Shown: piece after piece, positions 13,901 to 25,367 of the stretch
How the letters are laid out: each line of letters begins with the position of its first letter
Numbering within the stretch: position 1 is the stretch's first letter
Assembly (NCBI GenBank): GCA_002269645.1
Contig: NIVC01000129.1
Location: 46,755-110,754 of the forward strand
Source of the DNA: Macrostomum lignano
Taxonomy: Eukaryota
DNA: 64,000 nucleotides
Direction: 5' to 3'
Made by a program: the position numbers and the translations under genes
Notes under the pieces: generated by a model
Database searches by the model: none
Told to the model about the DNA's origin: nothing
The model's input: the letters and a program-made list of their open reading frames with translations, nothing else

Positions 13901-16900
13901 ATAATCAGATAATCTGGTCATACGATTTAATCAAGAATCTGGTCATAGAATATAATCATATATTTTGGTAAAAGAATCTGATCATAGCATCTGGTCATGG
14001 CATCGGGTCATAGAATCTAATCATACAATTAAATCTTAGAATCTGGTCATACGATCTAATAATAGAATCTGGTCGTAGAATCTGGTCATAGAATCTGGTT
14101 ATTGGCATCTGGTCATATGATCTAATCATAGAATCGGGTAAAAGAATCTGATCATAGCATCTGGTCATAGAATCTGGTCATGGTATCTGATCATAGTAAT
14201 TATAGAATCTAGGCATAGAATCTGGTCATAGAATTTGGTCATACCATCTGGTCATATCGTGTAGAAGCTGGTCATACTCATACGTGTACCATCTATTCGC
14301 TGAATCGGATGATGGCTTCTGATCATAAAATCTGATCATAGGATGTGCCAATAAAAATCGCTTAACTTTCATCCCCTTCCCCAGTTTCGATGAGAACTCC
14401 GCCCAGAGACCCGAGTCCGGTGGCGGCCTGGTCCTCCAGCATCTGCCTCATCAGCGTCGCGAGTCCTTCATCTACCGGTCAGACTCCGACTTTGACGTGT
14501 CGCCGAAGAACTCTCGGCACTCGTCAATCACTGGCGATATGTGAGTGAGATTAGAAAACTTTCGAAAATAATTTGTGTTCTTAGTCTGTATACTGTCAGT
14601 TCAGTAGAGTGTTCAAATTGAAGTATTTTAATGTATTTTTAGTACAAGACAATTTTATTTGGTGGGGGATGCTTGCTATCTGGGGGATGCCTGCTATCTG
14701 GGGGATGCTTGCTATCTGGGGGATGCCTGCTGTCTGGGGGATGCCTGCTGTCTGGGGGATGCCTGCTATCTGGGGGATGCTTGCTGTCTGGGGGATGCCT
14801 GTTATCTGGGGGATGCTTGCTATCTGGGGGATGCTTGCTGTCTGGGGGATGCCTGCTATCTGGGGGATGCTTGCTATCTGGGGGATGCCTGCTGTCTGGG
14901 GGATGCCTGCTATCTGGGGGATGCTTGCTGTCTGGGGGATGCCTGTTATCTGGGGGATGCTTGCTATCTGGGGGGATGCTTGATGTCTTGGGGATGTTTT
15001 CTATTTAGGGGGGGAATGCCTGTCATCTTTGTGAATGCTTTATTTTGTTTTCTTTCTGTTAATTTTAGAGAAGAGATTCATAGCAATCATCTTTGTCCGT
15101 AACAATTTTACTTGAATTAAGGTGATTTATAAAAAATAACGAAGGAATTAGTTTCTAGGAAAATGTGTTTTTTAATGGATTTGTTTGAATAATTTTTGCT
15201 CCTTGCTTATTCGGCGCCCCCGAAGGGGGGCCGCACTAGATTGCTACTCGTTTTTAGCGGACTAAATTTTTTATGTGTTTTAAATGAATTTGCTACACTT
15301 TGAGAGCAGCTTGTGAAATTGTTTGACCTTTTTGCGACTCTAAAATGAAATTAAAGCTCTGCGCATATTCAACTCGCTACTGTCGGCAGTAGGCTAGGTA
15401 GATTTTCAACGATTTAGTCGCTACAGAAGCGTCTCTGGACTCACTGGTGGCGCCTAAGAGTCGTTTTTATGGCTTCAGTAAAAAATGAACTGTATCGCGA
15501 CTTTGGGGTGCCCTGCAGTTGAGTTTGGGACACCTCTTGACCCAGGTAATGTTCTTTGCAGCCTTCTCCCTCTCTCCCTTCTCCCTCTCTCTCCCTCTCC
15601 CTCTCTCCCCTGTCCCTCTCTCTCCCTCTCTCCCTTCTCCCTCTCTCTCCCTCTCCCTCTCTCCCCTGTCCCTCTCTCTCCCTCTCTCCCTTCTCCCTCT
15701 CTCCCCTGTCCCTCTCTCTCCCTCTCTCCCTTCTCCCTCTCTCCCCTGTCCCTCTCTCTCCCTCTCTCACTTCTCCCTCTCTCTCCCTCTCCCTCTCTCC
15801 CCTGTCCCTCTCTCTCCCTCTCTCCCTTCTCCCTCTCTCTCCCTCTCCCTCTCTCCCCTGTCCCTCTCTCTCCCCCTCTCCCTTCTCCCTCTCTCCCCTG
15901 TCCCTCTCTCTCCCTCTCTCCCTCCTCCCTCTCACTCCCTTCTCCCTCTCTCCCCTGTCCCTCTCTCTCCCTCTCTCCCTTCTCCCTCTCTCTCCCTCTC
16001 CCTCTCTCCCCTGTCCCTCTCTCTCCCTCTCTCCCTTCTCCCTCTCTCCCCTGTCCCTCTCTCTCCCTCTCCCTCTCTCCCTTCTCCCTCTCTCTCCCTC
16101 TCCCTCTCTCTCCCTTCTCCCTCTCTCTCCCTCTCCCTCTCTCCCCTGTCCCTCTCTCTCCCCCTCTCCCTTCTCCCTCTCTCTCCCCTGTCCCTCTCTC
16201 TCCCTCTCTCCCTTCTCCCTCTCTCCCCTGTCCCTCTCTCTCCCTTCTCCCTCTCTCCCTCCTCCCTCTCACTCCCTTCTCCCTCTCTCCCCTGTCCCTC
16301 TCTCTCCCTCTCTCCCTTCTCCCTCTCTCTCCCTCTCCCTCTCTCTCCCTTCTCCTTCTCTCTCCCTCTCCCTCTCTCTCCCTCTCCCTCTCTCCCCTGT
16401 CCCTCTCTCTCCCTCTCCCTCTCTCCCCTGTCCCTCTCTCTCCCTCTCCCCTGTCCCTCTCTCTCCCTCTCTCCCTTCTCCCTCTCTCCCCTCTCTCCCC
16501 TGTCCCTCTCTCTCCCTCTCTCCCTCTCTCTCCTCCCTCTCCTCTCTCTCCCTCTCTCCCTCTCTCTCTCTCTCCCTCTCTCTCTCCCTCTGTCCCTCTC
16601 TCTCCCTTCTCCCTCTCTCTCCCTTCTCCCTCTCTCTCCCTTGTCCCTCTCTCTCCCTTGTCCCTCTCTCTCCCTTCTCCCTCTCTCTCCCTTCTCCCTC
16701 TCTCTCCCTTCTCCCTCTCTCTCCCTTCTCCCTCTCTCTCCCTTCTCCCTCTCTCTCCCTTCTCCCTCTCTCTCCCTTCTCCCTCTCTCCCCTTTCTCCC
16801 TCTCTCTTCTCTCCCTATATTTCCCCTTTCTCCATTCTCTCCCCCTTTCCCTTCTCTCTCCCGCTCTGAAGAGCATTAAAAAGAGGGAAGGCTGTCTGCC

Positions 16901-19900
16901 TGCTTTGGACTTCCTAAGGCGCAGGCCAGTGACAGCCTGACCTTACCTTACTACCCTCCTCTTTTATTTTCTAAAAGACAGGCAAAATTTGTCGGTTAAA
17001 ATTGATTCTAGCTGCATGAAGACTATAGGGTAATGCTAAAAGGTTGTGCGTTGCCTCTCTTAATGTCTCGAGCGCAATTAGCTGCCAACTTGGAGGAAAA
17101 TGAAGAGAAAGGCTGCGGTAACTCGATTTCTAGGATTTTAAGGAACCTGAGAATCTTTAGGGGGCAACAGTCGAGTAAGTAGCAGCAGCAGCTGCAGTCC
17201 CTCGGAGTCTGCAGCAGGGACTTCCGATCAGTTTCAGATGAGTTGGCAAACTCTCTACCGGATCTGCAGCTCCATTGGCAACAAAAATCAAACAACCAAC
17301 TGTTCAAGCCACTATCAGCTTTAACCACTACATGCAGACTCGGCTCACCGTTACTTTTCAGGCACTCAGACGAGGTCATCGTGACTCCCTTCGCCCAGGT
17401 GCTGCACACGCTGCGCTCCGTGTACGATGGAGTTAAAACTTTGACTGGCGCTGACAATCTTGGCGCCCCGAACCACAGAGAAGCTGCGACACCTGCTGCG
17501 TGAGTCTGGCTGAGTTCTTTTGTTTTGGCGCCACCTTTGCAGTAGCTTTGGCGCTCCCCACAGCAGTAGCTTTGGCGCCATCTTTGCAGTAGCTTTGGCG
17601 CCCCCTTTGCAGTAGCTTTGGCGCCCCCTTTGCAGTAGCTTTGGCGCCCCCTTTGCAGTAGCTTTGGCGCCCCCTTTGCAGTAGCTTTGGCGCCCCCTTT
17701 GCAGTAGCTTTGGCGCCCCCTTTGCAATAGCTTTAGCGCCCCCTTTGCAGTAGCTTTGGCGCCACCTTTGCAGTAGCTTTGGCGCCCCCTTTGCAGTAGC
17801 TTTGGCGCCCCCTTTGCAGTAGCTTTGGCGCCACCTTTGCAGTAGCTTTGGCGCCACCTTTGCAGTAGTTTTGGCGCCACCTTTGCAGTAGCTTTGGCGC
17901 CACCTTTGCAGTAGCTTTGGCGCTCCCCACAGCAGTAGCTTTGGCGCCATCTTTGCAGTAGCTTTGGCGCCCCCTTTGCAGTAGCTTTGGCGCCCCCTTT
18001 GCAGTAGCTTTGGCGCCCCCTTTGCAGTAGCTTTGGCGCCCCCTTTGCAGTAGCTTTGGCGCCCCCTTTGCAATAGCTTTAGCGCCCCCTTTGCAGTAGC
18101 TTTGGCGCCACCTTTGCAGTAGCTTTGGCGCCCCCTTTGCAGTAGCTTTGGCGCCCCCTTTGCAGTAGCTTTGGCGCCACCTTTGCAGTAGCTTTGGCGC
18201 CACCTTTGCAGTAGTTTTGGCGCCACCTTTGCAGTAGCTTTGGCGCCACCTTTGCAGTAGCTTTGGCGCCCCCTTTGCAGTAGCTTTGGCGCCCCCTTTG
18301 CAGTAGCTTTGGCGCCACCTTTGCAGTAGCTTTGGCGCCCCCTTTGCAGTAGCTTTGGCGTCCCCCACAGCAGTAGCTTTGGCGCCATCTTTGCAGTAGC
18401 TTTGGCGCCCTTTTGCAGTAGCTTTGGCGCCATCTTTGCAGTAGCTTTGGCGCCCTTTTGCAGTAGCTTTGGCGCCATCTTTGCAGTAGCTTTGGCGCCC
18501 CCCACAGCAGTAGCTTTGGCGCCCCCTTTGCAGTAGCTTTGGCGTCCCCCACAGCAGTAGCTTTGGCGCCATCTTTGCAGTAGCTTTGGCGCCCTTTTGC
18601 AGTAGCTTTGGCGCCATCTTTGCAGTAGCTTTGGCGCCCCCCACAGCAGTAGCTTTGGCGCCCCCTTTGCAGCAGCGTTGGCGCCCCCTTAAAATGAAAC
18701 GTCGCAACTCGGAAATGTTTTTCTCATTACCTGTGAGGCCTTTCGAGTTTATAAAATTCAACTTCCTGTCCAGATGTCCAGCTTAATACATTCATGCTTG
18801 GCAAAAAATCTGTCTCTTGAAAAAAAGTTAGTGGGTGGAGCTAGACATAGAATTCTAGATATTAACCTAGTTAATATCTAGAATTCTATGAGCTAGATGA
18901 TGCTAGATTTCCCGTGAGTTATAATTAGAGACCTGCCTTACAACCTGTCGCTAGGTCGCTAGTCGTCCCGCATGTAAGAGCTAATTCCTAAAAAAAGCAC
19001 GCCCTCGATTACTAACTTTTAAATTTGGGAAAATTTATTGAGTGAATTTTTCAACTCTAATGTCTGGGCTATTATTGCCACCAGACTGCTGTTGCTAGAA
19101 AGCGGGCGACTGAATCAAATTTGTTGACTAGATGAACTAACTATTTTATCTCTGACACTCTTTTGCTTGCCTCTGATTTGATTAGTCTTTTTAATTGCAT
19201 TCTCTCATGGTGTTTTCATTTTTGATCCACGTCAACTCTCTCACTCTCTGTCACTCTCTGTCACTCTGTATCACTCTTTGTCACTTTTTGCCACTCTCTG
19301 TCGCTCTCTGTCCCTTTCTGTCATTCTCCATCGCTCTCTATCACTCTCTGTTCCTATCTGTCACTCTCCGTCACTCTCTGTCACCCTATGTCACTCTTTG
19401 TCACTCTCTGTCACTCTTTGTCACTCTCCGTCACTTTCTGTCACTCCTTCACTTTCTGTCACTCTATGTCACTCTTTGTCACTCTCCGTCACTCTCCGTC
19501 ACTCCCCGCACTCCCCGTCACTCCTCGTCACTCTGTGTCACTCTGTGTCACTCTCTGTCACTCTCCGTCACTCTCTGTCTCTCTCTATCAATATCCGTCG
19601 CTCTCCCTCCATACTCAATAGCCAACGTGTCGCAGTCATCCCCAAATGAAAATCCAGTCGGTCAAATGTAGCTGGCATGCAGGCGGCCTTTCAAATCATT
19701 CGGATCGAACCGACCGATAGAGCAATGGTTGCAGGCGCTTTTTTGAGCCGGCAGCATTTCATGTGCTAGCGACTCGGGGCAATGAAAACAGAGAGACAAC
19801 AGCCACGCAAATGCTGAGGATTGAAGGACCAATTTTTTTTCTCGAAGACTGTCACGGACCGTGAAGCGGGGGGGGGGGTCAGCGGAAGCTCTGACGCGGC

Positions 19901-20580
19901 TGTCAGAGATAGGCCTCCGCAAGTTCGCTAATGAGGTGCCTCCCGCCAGCAGCAGATATCCCAGTTTTTGCCTGATTCACCTCGGTCCTTTTACCTCCCG
20001 TCTTCTTTGCAGGCCCGGCAGCGCCTCCAGGACTGTAGCGGCTTCGAGACCTCACAGCGGTGCGTGCGCCATCTGTAAAAGTACATATCTGTTAAAGTAC
20101 ATTCCAGTACCTTGTACATTCGTTCTGTTAACTTTGCAGATGACGAAGATTTCACCCAGCTGGCTAGTAAGACATTGAGAGACTTGGAATGGTGCCTGGA
20201 GCAGTTGGAGACGATACAGACTCACAGATCGGTGGCAGACATGGCATCTAGCAAGGTTGGCGGGAATGCGGATTTATTCCTCGAAGCTTTATGGCATTCC
20301 CAGTGCATAGGCTTTTAAATTTGTGGCACTCAACCGGGCAAATTTTCAGTTCAAACGGCTGCTCAACATGGAGCTCGAGCGGATGAGTGGCGGTCGGTCT
20401 CAAGCGCACCAGATTGAGAACTACATCAAGTCTACGTTCTTTGGTGCGTTTGAAAAAATACAACAACTCGCTAATCCATTAATATATCGACCGAAAATTC
20501 AACAAAAAATCTAACAAACAAACAAACGGTCAGTCAATCAATCAATCAATCAGTCAATCAAACAATCAATCAATCAATCA

Positions 20581-20618
<38 letters not shown>

Positions 20619-23600
20619 TAAACAATCAAACAATCAATCAATCAAACAATCAAACAATCAAACAATCAAACAATCAAACAATCAAACAATCAAACAATCA
20701 ATCAATCAAACAATCAAACAATCAAACAATCAATCAATCAAACAATCAAACAATTCAACAATCAATTAATCAAACTGAAGAGTTGATTCGGGAGGTGATC
20801 AGTCTCCCGAAAACTCCCACTTCCAGACACTTAAGCCTGGGAACAAAAATGTAGTGTTCCTCTTCTTCGTCGGGCAGGTTCTCCGAGCTCGTTCCTTGTT
20901 TCTTCTTTTTTGTTGCGCGCGTGTCTAGAACTTGCTTCTTCCAATCTTCTTCTCCGGAGGAATCTTCTTGAAGTCTAGAATCGGCCGAAAGTGAGAGCGT
21001 AACAATAAAATCGACGTCGCAGTATTTCCTCGAGTGCCGAAATCAATGTATTCCTCGAGTGCAGAAATCAATATCAACGATGCGCCCTAATAACAGAATC
21101 AACTTCTATAATAACGCGAGGTCCTCCAAAAGGGCGTCTTCTTCTAGAACTAACGGAATCGGAGTAGTGTACTCCTATCGGTTAATCTAGGATAACCAAA
21201 TCAATCAAGCGATAATCCTCTAAGGGTATCGGAATCGGTCCGCAGATCCTATCCAATCCCTTAGGAAAATGGGAGGCCTCAAACTCAATAGTCTCAGTGA
21301 AATCAACTGAACAGTAACGGCCGGCAATAATAATCGCTCTCAATAATCAAAATAACGAAGTCTCAAACAAAGCTTACCAATTGGTGTTTATCACTTCCTC
21401 AGAGATATAGCCTCGTTGGCTGCTCTTGCATAGCCCAAGATCTTTGGAGGCTGCTCCGAGTCTGAGATTTCAGCTCGGATTTTGCGTTTGTATTTATACA
21501 CAATTTTTCGGCCTTGAGTCGACCTTGAGCTCAAAACCGGTTTTTTTATGAGTTCACGAAAGGAATTTTATTATTTGACAGGTGGGGTTTGTGAATAGAA
21601 AGGGGTGAGACTTGGGTCACATTCAGGTTAACATTTACCATATTTGGAAGTTCTAAAAATAGATGTCGAGAACCGGTTTTTTTCGAACAATAGCATAGCC
21701 ACTCGCTGTTTGCGTGATATTACTGGTATTACTAAAAATAGAGTATGACACATAGCTATTTTTAAATTCGCCACTCGCTTTTTGCGTGATATTACTTGTA
21801 TTACAAAAAATATAGTATGACACATAGCTATTTTTAAATTTATATTCATAACTTTATGTTACTACTTTTAGTAGGCTACTGTGTTTGAAGATCTCTACAA
21901 AACAATCAAACAATCAAACAATCAAACAATCAAACAATCAAACAAACAATCGATCAATCAATCAAACAATCAAACAATCAAACAAACAATCGATCAATCA
22001 ATCAAACAATCAAACAATCAAACAAACAATCGATCAATCAATCAAACAATCAAACAATCAAACAATCAAACAATCAAAAAATCAAACAATCAATCAATCA
22101 AACAATAAATCAATCAATCAATCAATCTATCTATCAATCAATCCGCAGACGTAGACGAGAACGAAACGAATTCGTCGACAACAACTCAAACTGGCTCGGC
22201 AGCCGCCGCGGCGGCCAAGTGTGCTCAATCAACGATGACTCGAGTCGAAGTCTCCGCAGCCGACGCCGCAGCTGCAGCTGCCGCCGCCGCGGCCGCGGCC
22301 GCATCAGCCGCCGAGTCGCTGTCCCTAGCCGAGGCCAGTCGCTGGCCGCTGCCGCCAAAATTTGGCGTCGAGACGCCGCGACTGGCCGAGCTGAGCGACC
22401 TGTTCGACTCCGGCCTGGACCAGTGGGGCGTCGACATTTTCCTAGTGGACGAGCTGGCCTGTCACAAGCCGCTGTGCGCCGTTGTGTACGCGATTTTTGA
22501 GGTAAAGAGCACAAAGTACTTTCTATGAATAATTAAAGTTACGAAAATGCTGAATTTGCGAGGTGAAAAGCTTTCAATATTTTTCAATATTTTTCAAACG
22601 TAGCAAGTGTGCGTCTTGCCCGAGGTGTAATTCACAAGTTCGTCCAGGGAAAAAGTTTGACAAAAAATGTGTTGAAGAGCGGCCCAAAGCAAAAAGTACA
22701 GTTGTGTTCTCTAAACGGATTTTACGCTTAGTTTTAATCCAACTAGAAAAGTCCATCTGAAAAGATTAACCCTAACTAAAGGGAATAGGAGCAACCGAAT
22801 TTTTGTCTGAAGTTTGCTTGATTACAAATCAGAACTTTGCTTTGAACTTTGAATCTCGGAAAAGCGCATACTTTCTCACAAGTCAGTAAAGAATAGGAGA
22901 TACATGCAAAAATGCGCTTATCTACTCTTTTCTCATGCAGTAGCAAAAGTAGCGTTTTTGCTTTTAAAATCATAAAATAAAAATAAATTACATATTACAT
23001 AACAATCGTCTCTGGCTTTCTACAAGCAGACCCATTAAATTAGTATATTCATCCTGTTTGAAGCTGTACCCAAATCCAGTGCGTGTGCATAGCGAGCAAG
23101 AGAGAAAGAAGGGGTGGTGCCCCAGCCCCCAGCCAGGCCGATAAATAATTAGCCTTTCCTCTATCCCGCTTGTGGTTGACTTTTATCTCTCTCCTTACTG
23201 CTCTCTCATTGGCTGAGCTATAGATTGGGCCTGCCCCCTAGGCTGAGGTTTCGTCCGTCTGACTTTTACCTCTTTCCTTACTGCTCTCTCATTGGCTGAG
23301 CTAGATTGGGCCTGCCCCCTGGGCTGAGGTTTCGTCCGTCTTGCCTTCACTTGTGTACATCCAAATAAATTCTGTTGTTAATGCCTAAATACATTATGCT
23401 CCTGAGGCCGCAAACGCCAAGAAAGGAAGGAAATTTTAGCTGGAACAACAAATTTAAGTGACACTGCGCAGACAAGCTGCTGAAAAAAAGAGTAGACGCT
23501 CTACATTTAGTTATTCCAGTATCTGTGGATAAAAGTAGCACACAAATTTTCACTCAAAATCAGCAGACGCACGACTTGGCTGAAATTTTCAGAAACGTGA

Positions 23601-25367
23601 TTTCTTCAATAAGTTTCACATTCATCCATCAGTGCTGGTGAATTACTTTAGCCAAGTGGAGCAGCACTACAAGCAGGAGAACCCCTACCACAATGCCATT
23701 CACGCCGCCGATGTCACCCAGAGCACCCACGTGCTGTTGAATGCGCCCTCTATCGCCAACGTGTTCACCGAATTGGAAATTCTAGCCAGCATTTTTGCCT
23801 GCGCCATTCACGACGTCAATCATCCTGGGGTGACCAACCAGTTCCTGATCAATACTGGTGGGTTCACGGGATGCCAATACTGACCTCACTCCGATTCTAT
23901 AGCAATGTACTTTCCCAACCACCTCACTCTGATTCTATAGCAATGCATTTTCCCAACCAACTCACTCTGATTCTATAGCTATGCATTTTCCTGACCACCT
24001 CACTCCGATCCTATAGCAATGCACTTTCCCAAACACCTCACTCTGAGATTCTATAGTACATGCAACGTACTTTCCTGACCACCTTTCTCCGATTCTATAG
24101 CAATGTACTTTCCCAAACACCTCACTCTGAGATTCTATAGTACATGCAATGTACTTTCCTAACCACCTTTCTCCGATTCTATAGCAATGTACTTTCCTGA
24201 CCACCTCACTCCGACTCTATAGCAATGTACTTTGTTACCTACCCAAATCTGATTCCGATGAATGTAGAGAGCGAGCTAGCCATCATGTACAACGACATGA
24301 GCGTGCTGGAGAATCATCATTGCGCCGTTGCCTTCAAACTGCTGCAAGAGCCGTCCAGCAACCTGTTCGCTAGTCTTGACGATATACAGCGTCGACAGCT
24401 GCGTAAGATGGTCATCGACATGGTTCTGGCCACTGACATGAGCAAGCACATGTCGCTTCTAGCGGACCTCAAGACCATGGTAGAGACAAAGAAAGTCTCC
24501 GGAGGCTGCCTGCTGAAGCTGGACAACTACAGCGAGAAGATGCAGATCATGCAGAACATGGTGCACTGCGCTGACCTTAGCAACCCAGCCAAACCGCTGC
24601 CCCTTTCCACCCATTGGGTGACCCGAGTCATGGAGGAGTTCTTCAACCAGGGCGACCGAGAGAAAGCTCTGGGCCTGCCAGTCAGCCCCATGTGCTGCCG
24701 GGAGACTGCCAATGTTGAGAAGTCGCAGGTTTGTTGTTTTGACTTCCTAATTGCGTTTCTCGGACAAGTCTACCGTAATGCAGCTACTTCGTAGCATCCA
24801 CTTCACTCCTCTCACTCCCTACCCCAATGTACTCAGAGTCCACCTCTCTCATCAGCCTCTACCTCAATGTACTTAGCGTTTACCTCTCTCGTCAGCCTCT
24901 ACCTCAATGTACTTAGCGTTTACCTCTCTCGTCAGCCTCTACCCCAATGTACTTAGCGTCCACTTCTCTCATTCGTCTCTGCCCCAGTGTACTCACTCCT
25001 CACTCCAACCTCTCTCATTCGTCTCTACCCCAGTGTACTCACTCCTCACTCCTCAGTCTGTACGTCAAATTTACTTGACGCCAACCTCACTCCTCAGTCT
25101 GTACCCTAATGTGCTCATCTGTATCGAGCATCACTCCCTCCGGTTGCCACCCCCCAGGTGTCATTCATCGATTTCATCGTGCATCCACTATGGGAGGCGT
25201 GGACTGAGCTAGTCCACCCGGACGCAGAGCACATTCTCAACACCCTGGAGCAGAATCGGGATCACTATTGCGAGCTAAGCGCAGCTAAAGAGGCCGAATC
25301 AGTGAAGGAAGTCGACGAGGAGCACCTGGATGAGGCGGAGAGACAGCAGAGCGATTCGAAGCGATAG
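4296..25367 (+). CDS. PDE4: cAMP-specific phosphodiesterase, PDE4/dunce family (long form; multi-exon)
   Basis: Common exons with GT-AG and consistent phases: 14385-14540 (UCR1, [13 protein letters not shown]), 17362-17499 ([14 protein letters not shown]), 20013-20059, 20140-20255 (UCR2, [24 protein letters not shown]), 20350-20443 (FKRLLNMEL), 22149-22501, 23593-23857 ([18 protein letters not shown]), 24268-24728 ([16 protein letters not shown]), 25158-25367 ([16 protein letters not shown], stop). With first exon 4296-4420 the CDS is 1965 nt (654 aa). Confidence 0.95.
4715..4975. repeat. (GACA)n microsatellite
   Basis: Direct inspection. Confidence 0.95.
5440..6090. repeat. 22-bp minisatellite
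   Basis: (CAATAGAAAATGGCACTCTTTG)n. Confidence 0.95.
6437..6558 (+). CDS. PDE4: PDE4 alternative first exon B ([10 protein letters not shown]...LRRHSAST)
   Basis: Kozak gccATGg, 122 nt, phase-2 donor TG|GTAGCT; joins as RRHSASTC-FDEN (cf. vertebrate RRHSWICFD). Confidence 0.6.
6615..7496. repeat. About 32-38-bp minisatellite with variable C-run
   Basis: CTGTCTGACACATTTTGGTGCGTCTTCC(C/G)n. Confidence 0.95.
8040..8545. repeat. 21-bp minisatellite
   Basis: (CTGGTGTCTACCTCTCTCCCT)n. Confidence 0.9.
9152..9408 (+). CDS. PDE4: PDE4 alternative first exon C ([12 protein letters not shown]...FRIVRN)
   Basis: ATG 9152, 257 nt open, strong phase-2 donor AG|GTAAGA; S/Q-rich coding-like composition. 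Confidence 0.7.
9430..10485. repeat. 17-bp minisatellite
   Basis: CCTAAGGTCCTACAGTT / CCTAAGGTCCTGTGGTT variants. Confidence 0.95.
10945..11036 (+). CDS. PDE4: PDE4 alternative first exon D (MARTESVHG...WERTV)
   Basis: ATG 10945, 92 nt, phase-2 donor AG|GTGAGA; GC-rich island between two minisatellites. Confidence 0.55.
11052..11970. repeat. 14-bp minisatellite
   Basis: (GATAAGAYACTAGM)n. Confidence 0.95.
12805..13290. repeat. 42-bp minisatellite
   Basis: CTCGAGTGTACATTGAGGGGGATAGAGAGAGGTTCTGATAGG. Confidence 0.95.
13700..14340. repeat. Degenerate 13-bp minisatellite
   Basis: (AGAATCTGGTCAT)n. Confidence 0.85.
14663..15246 (+). mobile_element. Dispersed element copy 1: 18-bp minisatellite plus about 250-bp unique tail ending in a GC hairpin
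   Basis: Unit CTGGGGGATGCYTGCTRT (14663-14995); tail aligns with the reverse complement of 61572-61800. Confidence 0.75.
15565..16860. repeat. Polypyrimidine (CT-rich) compound repeat
   Basis: About 1.3 kb almost entirely C/T with TGTCC punctuation. Confidence 0.95.
17520..18690. repeat. 23-bp minisatellite with 346-bp higher-order duplication
   Basis: GGCGCCCCCTTTGCAGTAGCTTT; diagnostic variants recur 346 bp apart (CAATAG at 17725 and 18071). Confidence 0.95.
19225..19590. repeat. 10-bp minisatellite
   Basis: (TCACTCTCTG)n. Confidence 0.9.
20530..20772. repeat. CAAT/CAAA microsatellite (left part)
   Basis: Direct inspection. Confidence 0.9.
21897..22142. repeat. CAAT/CAAA microsatellite (right part)
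   Basis: Same units as 20530-20772. Confidence 0.9.
23880..24232. repeat. 38-bp minisatellite filling a PDE4 intron
   Basis: CCACCTCACTCCGATTCTATAGCAATGTACTTTCCCAA. Confidence 0.9.

Noticed and set aside
15441-18761. ORFs of 260-470 aa (SLSP-rich, GAKATAK-rich)
   Set aside because: CT-rich and 23-bp arrays inside PDE4 introns.
20774-20825. CTGAAGA...GAAA hammerhead-like match
   Set aside because: Eight unpaired nucleotides between the core and helix II; no helix III or NUH triplet.
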